From NCBI GenBank assembly GCA_020137815.1, contig CM035356.1, positions 5,146,001-5,210,000 of the forward strand: a stretch of 64,000 bases of DNA, given 5' to 3'. The translations under genes were made by a program, and so were the position numbers. Each line of letters starts with the position of its first letter. Position 1 is the first letter of the stretch. Of the stretch, positions 22,114 through 36,214 are shown one piece after another. Source of the DNA: Hormiphora californensis. Taxonomy: Eukaryota > Animalia > Ctenophora. The notes beneath the pieces are model-generated. The model saw nothing but the letters and a program-made list of their open reading frames with translations. It searched no databases and had not been told where the DNA came from.

Positions 22114-25100
22114 ATGGACCAAGACCAGATAGATCAGGAGTCTCTTGTGGTCCAACTACGGACTGCATTCCTAAAACAGAACTTAGGTAAAAACCAGGAA
22201 CCGACCGAATCAGGAAATACTGGTCCCTGATTGGCTGATAACCAGTCACGTGATCTAAATAACGAGTTCTGATTGGTTGTTTACTTGTTTCGGTCGGTTC
22301 CTGGTAAAAACTAAGACCCCTCAAATATAATACTTCAAGTAACTACTGAAATGCTGATCATATCTCCTCCTTACAGAACCGTTTGATAGCAGGGATATTT
22401 CGAGAGTACGGAACGATGATAGAGTGGTATTGGCATATCTTAAAAACTGTCGATTCAACAGAGAGAAGGCTTTCAATATGATGGTACTAATTTATTAGTG
22501 ATTTATTGACCTGTGAAATATAGTTTGTAACACACTGGAACACAACTATAATTCCCTCAGTGTGAGAGCCTCAAGTGGAGGAAAAGTTTTGCAGTTAATG
22601 ATATTAGTAAGGAATCGTTCAGCGCTGAGGTCCTTGATGATCCCTATCTCTACTTCAAAGGATACGATAAACAGGGCGGACCTTTACGTAAGTTGCGGGT
22701 ATATCAGGATGTTTTTTAGAAGGAGTTTAGACGGAGTTCAGAAGGAGTTTAGACGGAGTTTAGAGGGAGTTTAGAGGGAGTTTAGAGAGTCGTAAAAAAT
22801 AGAGTTTAGGCCGGCTCCTAGGATGTGAGGTTGAGTGTAGAAAAGAGTAATTGGGGAATTTAGAAAGGCCATAAGTGTAGACTGTAGTGTACACTAATTA
22901 CAAGATGATAATAATTACATGATTTCAGAGTAAGAAATCACAACCTAGATAATTATTTAATTAGTTTATTCTAGAGTTGTACTGCACTGTTTAGTTAATT
23001 AGCTAATTAATTCAGTTGTATTGCAACTGGAGCGCCATATTAAGGAGTCTGAGAGATTACCAGACCTCAAGAAATATGTGGCCTATCTACTGGAGACTAG
23101 GGTAACACTGCTAACACACAATGCTAACATGCTAACACAATGCTAACACAATGCTAACACACTAGTGGTTTGGGATGTAAAACGGCACAGAAAAAGCAAC
23201 ACTGCCATTAACGCTGAACTGAAAAAGCTGTTAGCATTACTGCTTGATCGAAGGGTAGGAGTTTGCATGTTTGCACTTACTGTTCTTGTTGTGTGTCACG
23301 TGACCCACAAACCATATTTGGGCATCACGTGACACACACCATATTTTGTTACTGTATCTTTCTATACTTGTTCGATTTGTTGTCCCTAGTCCCTAGTCTC
23401 TACTCAGTACTTGTTTGTCACTACTTTGATTTGTTTGTCACTTTGTTCGAGTGTGCAAGTGTTATCCCTCATGTTACGTTGTCAGTTTAGTTTATATTGT
23501 ACTGTCTATCAGCCTACAGACTTTTGATTGATAGTGTGTGAAAGAGAATGATGGAGAGAGTTTGTGTAATCCTCGCCCTCTGAATGATGAAAGTGTTCTA
23601 ACATGATGTCCAAGAGTGTTACCTGTAGCCGCTACAGCCGCTATACAGCATTGCGATACATAGGAATGCGTGTCAGTCATTGTACATTGACACAAGCTTG
23701 TGTGTTTGTGTGTCGCCACCCTAAACTTACCTCAACTCAACCTCACTTTTCAAGTTCGTGCATGTGCCTGTTCTTCTCCCCCTACCCAAGTACCAGGAAC
23801 CGACCGAAACAAGTAAACAACCAATCAGAACTTGTTATTTAGGTCACGTGACTGGTTATCAGCCAATCAGGGACCAGTATTTCCTGATTCGGTCGGTTCC
23901 TGCCAAGTACCCCACTGCTCCCAGCTAGCTACTGTTCTGGTACCATAGTCCCCCTATAATAGATAACACTCTCCCGCTTATATATCCCACTTTCTCAGGA
24001 GGGGGCCATCGGAAANNNNNNNNNNNNNNNNNNNNNNNNNNNNNNNNNNNNNNNNNNNNNNNNNNNNNNNNNNNNNNNNNNNNNNNNNNNNNNNNNNNNN
24101 NNNNNNNNNNNNNNNAATCTAAAGTAAGGGGATGAAAAAATTAGGAAAAACTTCAGAGGAAAGGCGAGAGAGAGACACAGAGAGATAGAGCTCGCTCACG
24201 AACCGCCAGTGCGGCTGAGAGGAGATCGATAGCTCTCTAGATGCTGCTGCTTCTATATCGCTCGTATCATCTCCATTCTCGCTATATCTCTCTATCTGCT
24301 ATCTCTCTTCTCTCTATAATCGCTCGCTCTCAATTCATCGTGCCTTCTTTAATCGCTGTAGTAGTGCTGAGTTGTATGTGGTGGCGTTATGTAGTTGACC
24401 GATTGCGATTATTGTACCGTGTACTTGTTGAGAATCTACTTCGTCTACTGCAGCTGTTTCTTTCTAGTTTCTTTTCAGTACCATGCGGCACTGAGCCTGG
24501 CAGAAGTGTGTTTTGGTTATCCAATGGGAGACTGAGAGGGTTTCCTCCAGGTGGGGTACTGTAACGCCTGGAGGTTGAGAATACCCCAGCTCAGTTTCTC
24601 TCAAATCTCAGTCTCTAATTCATGTAATTAGAGATCTCCAAAACACACTTTAGTACCATGATAAAAAACTCTACATTAATTTCATCCATTTTATAGGAAG
24701 TGTGTGTGTAGGTCTGTAGGTTAGTGTAGGTTTTAGTGTCGTGAATTGTGTGTAATTTTAATAGGTTTTGTTTTGGGTCTGTGTGTGAACTATAATTGTG
24801 TGAACTGTGTGTGAACTGTGTGAGGTGTGAACTGTGTGTGTGTTAGTTGACTGTATGTCGTTACCGGATGTACTATAAGGACGCCGAAAAAACACGTCCC
24901 AGAAGTCGATCACCGTGAGTGTGCGTGTTATAGTTTAGTGTGCATGGATTAGTTTTTAATTAGCTATTAGTTTTTAATTGGTAATTAGTGTCATTACTGT
25001 CATGCATGATTACTGTTTAGGTAATTAGTTTGCATGTCACATAGGATGAGTGATATAAGGTTTTGAATGCGAATGTTTATGCGAATGAAGGATTACTGTA

Positions 25101-26810
25101 TTATTATACAGCTCTGCATCTTGATGAAATTGTGTGTGACACGGTTTGACACAGCGTCAGTTGATCACTAACCGTGGGAGAATGTTCGGGAGAACATATG
25201 TGTGTATCGTGTGTGATTGTGTGTAATTATCACCGAACACGGAATAATTTGAAAGATTAGCAGCTTCAAATCGAGGAGGTAGATTTGGTAGAGAGGAGAT
25301 ATCAGAGAGAGTGTGTGAGAGAGAGAACGAGACTATAGCTAGATGAGAAGGGCTCAAGTGATAGCTTGAGAAAAAGAGAAATAGGGAGAAAGGGAGATAG
25401 AGAGAAGAGATATCTGATTCTCGAGAGTTAGAGGGAGAGAGATGAGACGGGTTGAAAGCTTGAGGAGAGAGTGCAGTGTAAGGGAAAATGTGGGTGTGCT
25501 AGACAGAGCATAATTAGCTGAATATATATGTGTGAGAGGGGAAGGGGGTTGAGGACAATAGAATGAGAAAGGGAGATCAGAGAATGCATGAGAGTATATA
25601 GGGAGATCAGAGAGAATGCACATGGATAAAAGTGGCGGTAAGGGCATCCTCTATAGAGGTACATCATACCTTATTATTTATTCACGAGGCACTGTAAAGA
25701 AGCGAGTTACTAAGAAGAATGGGGCCTAATTATAAGCCATGGAGTCTGTACACCCTGTATTCCAAATCACCCGACACAACAATGCTAGAATAGAACTTGT
25801 CAAGGATATAACGGTTGCTTGCTAAGATGCAACTAGGGGAGGCTATATGACAGGGTCAATATTCACTATCCAGTCCCCCTCTCTCCTTAGTGATGTAGTG
25901 GTCTGATTAATTGACCACATGATTGTATTACTTTCATAGTTAGTTGTATTACTGGACCTTCATAAATAGTTCACTGGAATATTTGAGAGAGAGAAAGAGA
26001 GAGAGGGTTGGTTGTTCTATAAAATACTCCATATCTCTCTTCTTCTCTATCTCTTTGAGCGCTCGTACTGACCATTCTCCCACCAGATGTCTAGATACCG
26101 CACGTACTGAGCATATTCCCCCACTACATTTCCAGATTTCTAGATCGTACTGTGTTTACATTTAGTACATGTCTCTGATTTTAGTTGCTTTGCTTTACCT
26201 TCTAGGTACTATTTTGTACACATGTTTTATATGAATCATGACTGGGCTGAGCTGTCTGATTCTAGTTGTATTTCATCTCTTAGAAAGTTGTACAGAAAGT
26301 TATTGAAATGTGAAGTCATGTCTTGAGTGGACTGGTGGTGTGACAGGAAGTGGTGAAGTGAGAAGGAAGCTGAGAACAAAGACAGAATAGGAATAGAGAC
26401 AAGATCGAGAAAGAGAGTGAGAAATTTTGAGAGAGAAGGAGTGAGAGAGGAAGAGAGAGAGAGAGAGGAAGAGAGAGAGAGAGCGAGAGAGAGTGAAAGT
26501 CGAGAGAAAGATTTGCAGGTTGAGATAAAGATATTTTCAGCTTCGATAGTAATTGCTTCTACCAAGGAGTGATCCAGGTGTGCGGGTTTTACTCCAAGGG
26601 AGAGAGAGGGGGGAGACGAGGGGAGAAGAGGGAGGAGAGAGAGCGGGGAGAGAGGAGATAGAATAGAGGAGGAGAAATACGAAAGGGGAGAAGGGAGATC
26701 TCTCCCCCCCTCTTTTAAGCTTCTCTCTCTCTCTCTTCCTCTCTCCATCTCTCTCTCTCTTCTTCCTCTCTCCTCTCTCTCTCTCTCTCTCCCCTCTCTC
26801 CCTCTCTCCT

Positions 26811-26845
<35 letters not shown>

Positions 26846-29800
26846 TATCTCCATGTGACTGCATTGCGGGTTTCTGTTTGGTTCGGTGAAGCAACAATTA
26901 CTTGCTCTCCTTCTCTCTCCCCTTCTCTCTCTTTCTATCCCTCTATCTTTCTCGGACTATAATGAGATAAAGAGCTATACATGTAGTACACAGGCATGTC
27001 TCAGAGAGGTCGAGGAGGTAGGGGTCGGAGAGGATTTAGTAGGCAAGGGTCTGTTGATAGTGGCGGGGCTCCTGAGAGGTAGTGCAATTAGTAGCCCCTT
27101 CGTAGCACTAGGGGGTACCTGAGAGGTAGTGCAATTAGTAGCCCCCTTCGTAGCACCGGGGGGGGGGGGGGGGGAGGGGGGCTCCTGAGAGGTAGAGCAA
27201 TTAGTAGCCCCCTTCGTAGCACGGGGGGGGGGGGGGGAGGGGGGCTCCTGAGAGGTAGTTCAATTAGTAGCCCCCTTCGTAGCACCCGGGGGGGGGAGGG
27301 GGGCTCCTGAGAGGTAGAGCAATTAGTAGCCCCCTTCGTAGCACTAGGGGTGGGGGGGGGAGGGGGGCTCCTGAGAGGTAGAGCAATTAGTAGCCCCCTT
27401 CGTAGCACTAGGGGTGGGGGGGGGAGGGGGGCTCCTGAGAGGTAGTTCAATTAGTAGCCCCCTTCGTAGCACCGGGGGGGGGGGGCATCTGAGAGGTAGT
27501 GCAATTAGTAGCCCCCTTCGTAGCACCGGGGGGGGGGGGCATCTGAGAGGTAGTGCAATTAGTAGCCCCCTTCGTAGCAAAAGGGGGCGGTATTGGCATT
27601 GGGTTTAAAGGGGTTTATAGGGTATTATAGGGAATTATTAGTACAGTCGGACCCCGATTTAACGGCCCCCGATTTAGCGGCACCCCGATTTAACGGCAGC
27701 ATAATCTTCCCCCGGTATAGAAAATCAACCATATTTGACCCCGATTTAGCGGACACCCCGATTTAACGGACAAAACCCTTTCCCCCGAGGGTGCCGTTAA
27801 ATCGGGGTCCGACTGTACAAGCAATGCCTTTTTAGTGGGCCCTTTTAGCTGTGTCAATAGCACTCCCTCTCCAGTGGCATGTTGTAGACCATTATGATAT
27901 CATTCTGTGCATGATCTCTGATCTCATCCCCTTTTTTTAAAAACTCACCTACTTGGACTATACTCAACTATGTGTTATGATAAAACCTCCAATAGGTTTG
28001 TCAGCAAAGCAGAGGTCACTGACTACGTGGATAAAGACCAACTGCCGGTGTCACTAGGAGGAAATGTAAGTTCCCATACCCATATTATATTATCATGTAG
28101 TAGTGCATTTCTCTTATCTCACCCACCAACACATCGCCTGACACATCCCTTACCTTTTCAGAACGAAGCCGCTGCTACGAAGTAAGTAGGGCGCGAAACC
28201 ACACGACATGACAGTGGGAGTCTTCGCGCGAGCGGCTGCGTTTTATCTCGCGCGCGCAGTTTAGATTCAGATGTCGTGGGAAATTTTGAGTTTCTGGCGC
28301 TGACAAGCCGTACAGTGGTCAGTGACCTGCCAACTAACCACCTCTCTTTTGCAGTGTTATGGAAAATGATTTAACGGGAGGAGTCGATAAAAAGGTTAGC
28401 TTACTAATCAAGCTCTCTCATTTAATTCTATTGGATGATTTTTAAATTTATGTCCCCCGTATTTGAAAATAATTCAGTTCTTTGTTTCAGCAAGTTACAT
28501 TTAACGCCTCAAATCCTTCACCAACCGCGGGAAAATCAGTTACCGACAAAATGGGAATTCTTCAGATCAGGTCAGTCACCATGTTTAGTGTGCTGAGAAA
28601 TAAAAAGGGACTACAGGTACAAAATTCTGACGTTCTATAATATTTCAGCCCTGCTGATACTCTGACGTTCTCTGTGGTTCAGAGTAACAGTGAATCACTG
28701 CCTCAATCAATCAAGATGACCAACATCAAGGAAACACAGGTGAAATTGTAGCTAGTGACACACTTTGTAGCTAGTTTTATATCTCTAGGTAGACCCCCTT
28801 TCGCGTTTGAACAAAACAAGCTAGTGTTAGGGTGAGAACCGGTGTAGAAATAGGACTATCTAGAGATAACAGTGTTAGTAGTCGTATCTCAACACCGGTT
28901 TCCGCCCTAAATTTTGTTGCCTATCTCTTTTCCCCTCTCAAGTTTGAATCCAGCCCTTCTTTGTTTTCACGCTGAGAGACATACAAACTATAGTCTCCCT
29001 GTTCCATCCTCCCTGTGTAACAAGACCTGTTCCCATCCTCTCTGTAACAAGACCTGTTCCAATCCATCCCCTCCCTGTAACAAGACCTGTTCCAATCCAT
29101 CCTCTCTGTGTAACAAGACCTGTTCCAATCCATCCTCTCTGTGTAACACGACCTGTTCCAATCCATCCTCTCCCTGTGTAACAAGACCTGTTCCAATCCA
29201 TCCTCTCTGTGTAACAAGACACCTAACAGATATCCTATCCACCAGGTTGCATACAAAGTGAAAACTACAGCACCTGAACACTATCGAGTTAAACCAACAG
29301 TGGGGGTCATAGAACCAGGTCAAACAGTGGAGGTTTCAGTACAGCTAACACCAGGTAGAGAGAGAGATCCGGGCTCGGGGGATTTAACCCTGCTCACGTG
29401 GTGCGTGTAGTGGACCGAGAGAGAGAGAGAGAGAGAGTGAGAGAGAGAGAGAGTGAGAGAGAGAGAGAGAGAGTAAGAGATAGAGATGTGTTCCTATTTA
29501 CTAACTCCCCAACTAGAGTTTATCTGTGTTCCAGGTAGCGCTGTGACCGCCAGTAGGGACCGATTCCTGGTTCAGAGCACCCTTATTACTACCACACTGA
29601 AGGGTGATGTGTCTGAGTTTTGGAGGACTGTCGAACCAGGTATATACATTAGCTCATTTGGGATTGGGTAGCTTTAACTTTAGGGTGTCTAATAATGATA
29701 ATGGTGGAACCCATTGTGAATTCTACAATAGTGTGCTGAGTGCTCATAACTCCACTGTTATTCCAAATCTCTCAGGGAAAGTTAGCGAGCACAGATTGCG

Positions 29801-30358
29801 CTGAGTGCTCATAACACCACTTTATCTCCAAATCTCTCAGGGAAAGTCAGCGAGCACAGACTGCGCTGTAAGGTGACTATGAACGGTAGTCCGATTGAGG
29901 ACAAGGTTGAGATGTTGAACAGCACACTTCACTCAATGCCCACCATGTCCGGAGGAGAGGATCGGTTAACAGCCATTGAAAACAGGCTAAAGGTCATCCA
30001 GGAATCAACCGATAAAACACAAAAACAAGTCAGGACAATCCTCACTATAATCCAGGTATTACACAGCACGGATCTTCTCAGCCCTATTTAGTCATAAACG
30101 ATCCATAACCAATAGATCCATAACCTTTCTGTATAGAACAGATAGGACCTAGAGGGGTGACCGAACTCCCCTGTTAATACTCTCTCTCTTTGTTGAGTAA
30201 CAACTCTCTCTCTAATCCCCTCTTCTCTCTCACAGCTGTTCCTAATCGTCATCATGATCTACATCTCCTACCTCCTCTACCAAGAATACTCTCTCCTCTC
30301 TGAATCCACCAGTACAGCATCAACACCCTCCCCTCCATCAACACGACCTGAGCTCTAA
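22114..30358 (+). CDS. MOSPD2: Motile sperm domain-containing protein 2 (CRAL-TRIO + MSP + C-terminal TM); middle exons not found, probably in the gap
   Basis: MDQDQ..LKQNL|EPFDSRDISRVRNDD..|CESLKWRKSFAVND..YFKGYDKQG|..KKYVAYLLETR before the gap. FVSKAEVTDYVDKDQLPVSLGG at ~27996, MSP signature VAYKVKTTAPEHYRVKP at ~29247, TM exon 30236-30358. Confidence 0.85.
22195..22303. mobile_element. 109-bp hAT-like MITE, copy 1
   Basis: TIR caggaaccgaccgaa; 8-bp TSD gtaaaaac. Confidence 0.9.
23794..23902. mobile_element. 109-bp hAT-like MITE, copy 2
   Basis: Same family in opposite orientation; 8-bp TSD ccaagtac. Confidence 0.9.
24016..24115. other. Assembly gap (100 N)
   Basis: The N run interrupts a MOSPD2 exon that begins near 23999. 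Confidence 1.
27066..27579. repeat. Minisatellite, ~45-65 bp unit with variable poly-G
   Basis: ctgagaggtagtgcaattagtagcccccttcgtagca x9. Confidence 0.95.
27644..27815. mobile_element. Tc1/mariner (pogo-like) MITE
   Basis: TIR cagtcggaccccgatttaacggc; TA TSD; internal ccccgattta repeats. Confidence 0.85.
29000..29220. repeat. Intronic minisatellite, ~33 bp
   Basis: tgtaacaagacctgttccaatccatcctctctg, about 7 copies. Confidence 0.9.
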
Positions 30359-31153
30359 TAACTTGGGGTGTGAGTTGTGACACTAATTTATTGGTACTGT
30401 GTAGGAAGGGCATCACCCAACTACTAGGAACTGTGTTTTAATGAATGTTATGTGTTATTAAAATCAATGGGCCGGAGAGATCAATTAATTGCCCCTCCAA
30501 TTGTGTAATGAGGACTAGCAGCTAAATGTTGGGAAAAGGATTGTTCTGTCAGGCCAATGCTCGATAACAGGGATTCTTTGATTACGTATCATGTGAAGTT
30601 TCTCAGTTGAAAATCTGTATCGTTTAAGGAAAATAATGTTTGTGAAAAAGTTGTGGTTCAATCATGTGTGTTTTAAATTGATATAATTGTAATTAGTAGA
30701 GACACTTATGCAACTAATTATGTAATCAGGTGTTATTATAATTACATTATCACATGGACAATTATGTTTTTTGTTGCACGTGTGTTTGAGAAATTAAACT
30801 GAGTGTCACACAATCTGTGTGAAATAACGCGTGAGATGTAATGATCACGCGTGAGATGTAATGATCACGCGTTAGAGGATGATAACAACGTGTGAGTTAT
30901 CGTGATAACGTTATGTTAGAGAAAGAGAGAGAAAGAGGATTGAAAGAGAATGTTTGACCAAATCACCAATTGTTGTGCTGCCGTATTAGAGTTGACAATT
31001 TTTAAAAACTGCCCTTTCATTTTGTACCCACGACGATGGGCTATGCAGTTGCAAGGTTATGGTCAGATCGGGGCTGTATGGCGGCGCCAATACCCCAATT
31101 TGATTCTCAAATGACAGTGCGCTCAGATGGGGTCGGCGGCGCCAGACAGGATC

Positions 31154-31524
31154 GGTAAGCGGTAAAGGTTGACCCGTCTCCTGAGAATTTAAAACTGTTT
31201 TGGCCATAACTCAGCCATTTCTTGACCAATTTGCAAAATCTTGGGCTCATTGGAAAGAAGACATTAAGATCTTTAAAATGAGCTCAATAAAATGAAAATT
31301 GGCGCAAATTGCGCGGCGTAGTGGCGAAAACGCGCATTTTGCGCCATTGCGCCGCGCAAAGCCACGCAATTTGCGCCGATTTTGATTTTCTTGGGCTCAT
31401 CTGAAAGAGCTCAATGTCCTCTTTCCAACGAGCCCAATATTTTGCAAATTGGTCAAGAAATGGCTGAGTTATGGCCAAATAAAAATATAATTCTCAGGAG
31501 ACGGGTCAACCTTTACCGCTTACC
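31154..31524. mobile_element. Palindromic MITE with 9-bp TSD (Mutator-like), relative of 3030-3407
   Basis: TIR ggtaagcggtaaaggttgacccgtctcctgagaatt. TSD gacaggatc at 31145-31153 and 31525-31533. Shares an internal core with 3030-3407. Confidence 0.85.
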
Positions 31525-32431
31525 GACAGGATCGGGGTAGGCGCCAGAAAGTTTCTGGCGCCTACCCCGATCTGAGCGCATCACAGCCCATCGTCCTAAT
31601 AGTAATAATAAAATGACAGCAATTGTTTTCAAGCAGTGAACGAAATCAACATTATACATTAGCAAAACACACACAGACACACAAAGAATAAAGTTATTTA
31701 TATATCTCTCACCAGGGCCTTCTGAGAAGGGCCTTCTCCTCAGCTCCTGCCTGGCGGCGACCACCTGATCTGAGGGGGTGGGCCCTGTCAGACAGACCTT
31801 TCTAAACATCATACTAACCTTATCAATAGTCAATACAATATAGTGTAACTGTAAAACAATATTAACTCTTATTCAACATATCACACTGCTCAACAGTTTA
31901 CAAGGGCTCTCTTTTCCGTCCGTCAATTGGTATGACTGTCAGTACTCAGTAATTAAGTTCGTAGTCTGTCCGTCATCTATTACCAAGTCCGTAGCCTGTC
32001 ATGTCATCTATTACCATGTTCGTAGTTTGTCTGTCAGTCTGTCCGCTAAACTCCCTGGGTTACATACCACTTTTCATGTTCAGAATCGTAAAAATATTAT
32101 TCACTGAAATCAAAAATAGAACTATAAGGTGTGGCTAGCGTGTGTAGTACCCCAACTTTATAATTCTGGGAGAAGGGATACTGCACACTTGACACACAAG
32201 GGGAGAGAAAAGGGTTTCTGGCCTTTGTCTGGCGACACTGAGAACTAGAATCAAAACAGGGTCTGGCACCGCCAGACAGCTGGCCCAGGGGTTGTTAAAT
32301 CGGAGAATAGTTTCTCTCTCGGCTTTCTCTAAAACCTCTTATCTCACTCTCAGTATAACTATATCAGTTTCGAGATGTTCTTTTCTCAGTTTCAACTTGT
32401 TATTCAAGAGTCTCAATATATTCTCAGTGTT

Positions 32432-34179
32432 CTAGAGTTTCTTGAAGGAGGGCAGTGAGATATTTTGAAGGTCAGCTAGTTTTGGGAGGTTAACATTTGG
32501 CGCCATGCTCTTTGCAGCACTGAGGGCCCTTGCTGGTGCACCGCCCATACCTGCAGCAGGGGTTTGTGTTAGAACATGTCAGTGTTATGTTAGCATGTTA
32601 GGGTGGCACTAGACCCTCTCGAGAGGAAGGTTTAGGAGGGAAAGGGGGGAGCAGCAATTACTGGAGATCTATACCACGCATTGAATGGAAGGAGTTAAAC
32701 GTATAATTGGGTTGGGGAGATGGGACACATGCACACCATAATTCCACAAAACAAATTAATTCAACCACTTATCTATCACAACAAAAAGAAGGGATTCGTA
32801 CAATTAAACGGTGGTACTACCATGTCTGGCGGCACCAGTTTTGATTCTCAGATCGGGACGGGGTCGCCAGACAGGGTAGTACTTGTCTAATTTGCTCCAT
32901 ACACTTCCTCTTACTGAGTCAGAAAATGAAGCGTGTGTTGCCAAACTACAACAACTATTGAACGGCGAATTAGATGCCATGAACCCCACGTGTACTAGAC
33001 TGTGTTTCATGCGATAAATGATTCAGTAACCATGCGATACATGATGGGTACATGATTCAGTAACGAGATTACTAGATAGTGGATGATGCTCAGTGGGGTT
33101 GCTAATGGCCGCCAATCGAAGTAGCGTACTGCCTATAGGTAAAAGAGAGTGATATTGGGGATGCTAATTAGTTAATTATCAGATGCTAATTAATTAATTA
33201 TCAGATACTAATTAGATAATTAGGGATGCTAACATCACGTTGTTGCAGTTACAAAGCTAGTTACACAATTCACACACATGTTAACACGTACACCCAGATA
33301 TATAGAGATGAGAAGAAAGATTAGAACTTGTAATGACCACGGAGTCGAGTAGGGAAATCTGCAGAATCAAGGAATAATTAGGGAAATAATTAGAAATAAT
33401 TAGTCGGGGGCCTCTTCTAGTTCCACTTTACGGGAAATAATCAGTTGGGAGGGGGAATTATATTTTTGACCAGGAATGATATTTGACCAAGATTAGATTA
33501 AACAACACGAGAAATCACTGGGACACTGATACAGAATCACGGGTGACAAACTCTGAAATCTATCTCCCATCAACAACAAGTAATGATCAGCGTTTGGAAA
33601 CACGCTCAATAGTGACAGAGATCACGATCACGCAATATCAGTATAGTGACAGAGATCACGCGATATCAGTACAGTGGTCAGTAACACAGATCACGATCAG
33701 TATATCAGTATAGTGACAGAAATCACGCAATATAAACATACTTATATTCTTAGGGCCCATAGACCCAAAAACACCTAATTTAGGAATGTTAAGGATGGGG
33801 AGGTTTCTATATCAATTGTAATACCTCACTCAGCCTCACGTCAGATCAGGAATGAACAAGAACTGAGATAAAAAGAGAAGTAACTAGCCATGCAAAGAGT
33901 AGCTTCTGTAGATTTGTTTTGTTCAAACCCTTTATTTGAGTCAGGGTCGAGCAAAGCAAATCTAGATCTGATAATAGTTGGATAGTATTATTTTACCTGC
34001 TTCTTTCTTCTCTATTTGCTGTTGAGCCTCAATGTGCGTTAGGATCTCTGTCTGGTTAGTTTCAACTACCATTCCTCCCATCACAATCTCCTGAGAGAGA
34101 GAGAGAGGGAGGTTAACAAACAGACAGACAGACATACAGACAGATAGACAGACAAACAGACAGACAGGCAGACAGACAT

Positions 34180-34218
<39 letters not shown>

Positions 34219-35125
34219 TATACTAGACAGACAGACATATACTATACAGACACTATACAGACAGACAGACAGACAGACACAGAGCCAGCAAGACAGACAC
34301 TAGACAGACAGGCAGACACTAAACAGGCAGACACTAACCTGTAGAATGTAGTGAACCTTGTCCATGTGGAAGATAAGATCTAACTCGCAAACATTCTCAA
34401 AACACCGGTCCAGTGTCTCTACTAGAACCTGCAAGGAACAAAACTTGTTTAAAAACAGGGTCAATAGAGGGTCAAATTTGGTTCCATATAATTTTGGAGC
34501 CAAAGCCAACGGACTTTTTAAAAGATCCCTGTCATGATATACCGATGGCTGGGGGTTAGTGGGGGCGAGGGAGAGATGTTGGGTGATTTACCTGGGGGAG
34601 GGGTATCTGTTCTAGGGTGTGGCTAGGTTGGGAGGTTTACCTGGATTAGATCAAGAATTCCCAGCTCACTCTCGCTGCTATCAACACAAAATACAAAGTA
34701 GAGGGTAGCGTAGTGCCGGTAGACCAGTCGGAAATCACTTCCCCCAATTAGGGTGCCTCCCTCTAGAAAGTTACACACTGAGTCTTCACGTTTCGAAAGG
34801 AGCAGGAAGGTCTCCCTTATTATCTGAAATAGGGAATGGAGATAAAAGATGGGTGCGAGGGGCCGGGGGTGGGAAACACCATGAAAAGTAGTTACTGAAT
34901 GAGTCCCACTGGGGCTATAAACACCACCCTGCATCCCCTCCCTCATTTCCCAGTTCTACAACTACAAGTTACAACCCAGTTGACCCACCAGCTGGTGCAA
35001 TTACTTCTAAATAATTACAACTTCTATCAACTCACCTGTTGTTGCATTTCCTCTGTGTAATAAGTAAAGAATTTAGTGAGCCTTGGTTTCCCATGGTTAT
35101 TGAATATCAGTGCTGCCTTGATCAT
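32432..35125 (-). CDS. AP3S1: AP-3 complex subunit sigma, 5 exons
   Basis: MIKAALIFNNHGKPRLTKF..|IIRETF..LVYRHYATLYFVFCVDSSESELGILDLIQ|VLVETLDRCFENVCELDLIFH..|EIVMGGMVVETN..|GMGGAPARALSA..FKKL*. Confidence 0.95.
34118..34335. repeat. (CAGA)n intronic microsatellite
   Basis: Degenerate cagacaga run. Confidence 0.9.
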
Positions 35126-35316
35126 AGCTAGACTGCAGGATATATCACAAAATTAGTAATGGGGACTAGTCACTAGGACAATGAGGAAATTGGGTCATAT
35201 TTGATGAGGGGAGGGGCTTTGAAGAAATCACGAACTGTGCATAGATAAATCACAAGCTAATAAAAATTTACAAAAACTATGACAAACAATCTGAATAAAT
35301 TAAGGGAATTTCACTT

Positions 35317-36214
35317 TCAGCCTCCGTCACCACCACCTCCTCCACCACTGTTTGTCAGTTCACCTAACTTTGTATGCAATACACCCAACTGTCGTTCCAA
35401 TCCTCTGAAACAGTATTATTAGTAGCTGGTAATCAATTTTAAAAAGCAATACATGTTACATACAAGACATCTTTAAAAGTCTAATTAAAGAACCTGATTT
35501 CAGCTGCCTGTCGATCAACTGTGAACTCTGCGTCGAATGCTGATCTTTTCAAACTATCGATATCTGTTCTAAGACCCTCCAGTTCATTCTTTCTAGCTTC
35601 CTCCTTCGCTTCTTCCTGCAGTAGTAATAACACAGTTAGTTTATCAGACCCCGATTTACCTTGTTTTGTTCTAACCCTCCTTTACATTTGTAAATAAGGG
35701 GGTCGAGCTAGGCAAGATTTACCGGAATGATCGGGGGAAGGCCGGGGAACAGAGGGTGTATTCATAATTACCTTATTGCTACTCCTCGTGTATTCCCACA
35801 GTAACAAACCAGCTCCCAGACTGTAGAGAAAGAACTCTGAAATGAACTCAGCTCCTGACTCTAGTGCTACCTGAAAACAGAGAGAAATAATTAACTTTAA
35901 CTTGGTCGAGTATTAACAACTGATTAACAACTCCCTATTCACATTATGCTTGTTTATTCTGCAATCACGAATAATAAACAGAACCCCCCTACCATTACCT
36001 GCTCATTTAGTTTGTAGACCTTAGCATTCCTAGCGCCCATTAACCTCGTCTGCACAGTTACATCGACCCAATGAACGCCCTGAGCCACTGGGAGGATCAA
36101 ATAGTTCTTCACTATTTTAGAGTTGATAGCGCCCCTTTTCAGTCCCTTGGCGATAGGTTTAGCGACTTGCTTTATGGCAAGAATGCCGAGCTTAGCTACT
36201 GGCAGACCCGGCAT
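35317..36214 (-). CDS. OPA3: OPA3-like mitochondrial protein, 4 exons
   Basis: MPGLPVAKLGILAIKQVAKPIAKGLK..LNEQ|VALESGAEFISEFFLYSLGAGLLLWEY..|coiled coil..|..GGGGGDGG*. Confidence 0.92.

Noticed and set aside
24116-27060. Short ORFs or a nested gene after the gap
   Set aside because: Low-complexity GA/GT-rich sequence with no recognisable domain or consistent exon chain.
28359-30358. Stand-alone VAP gene starting at the ATG near 28359
   Set aside because: Upstream exons encode CRAL-TRIO segments in MOSPD2 order, so the MSP-TM part is the 3' half of MOSPD2.
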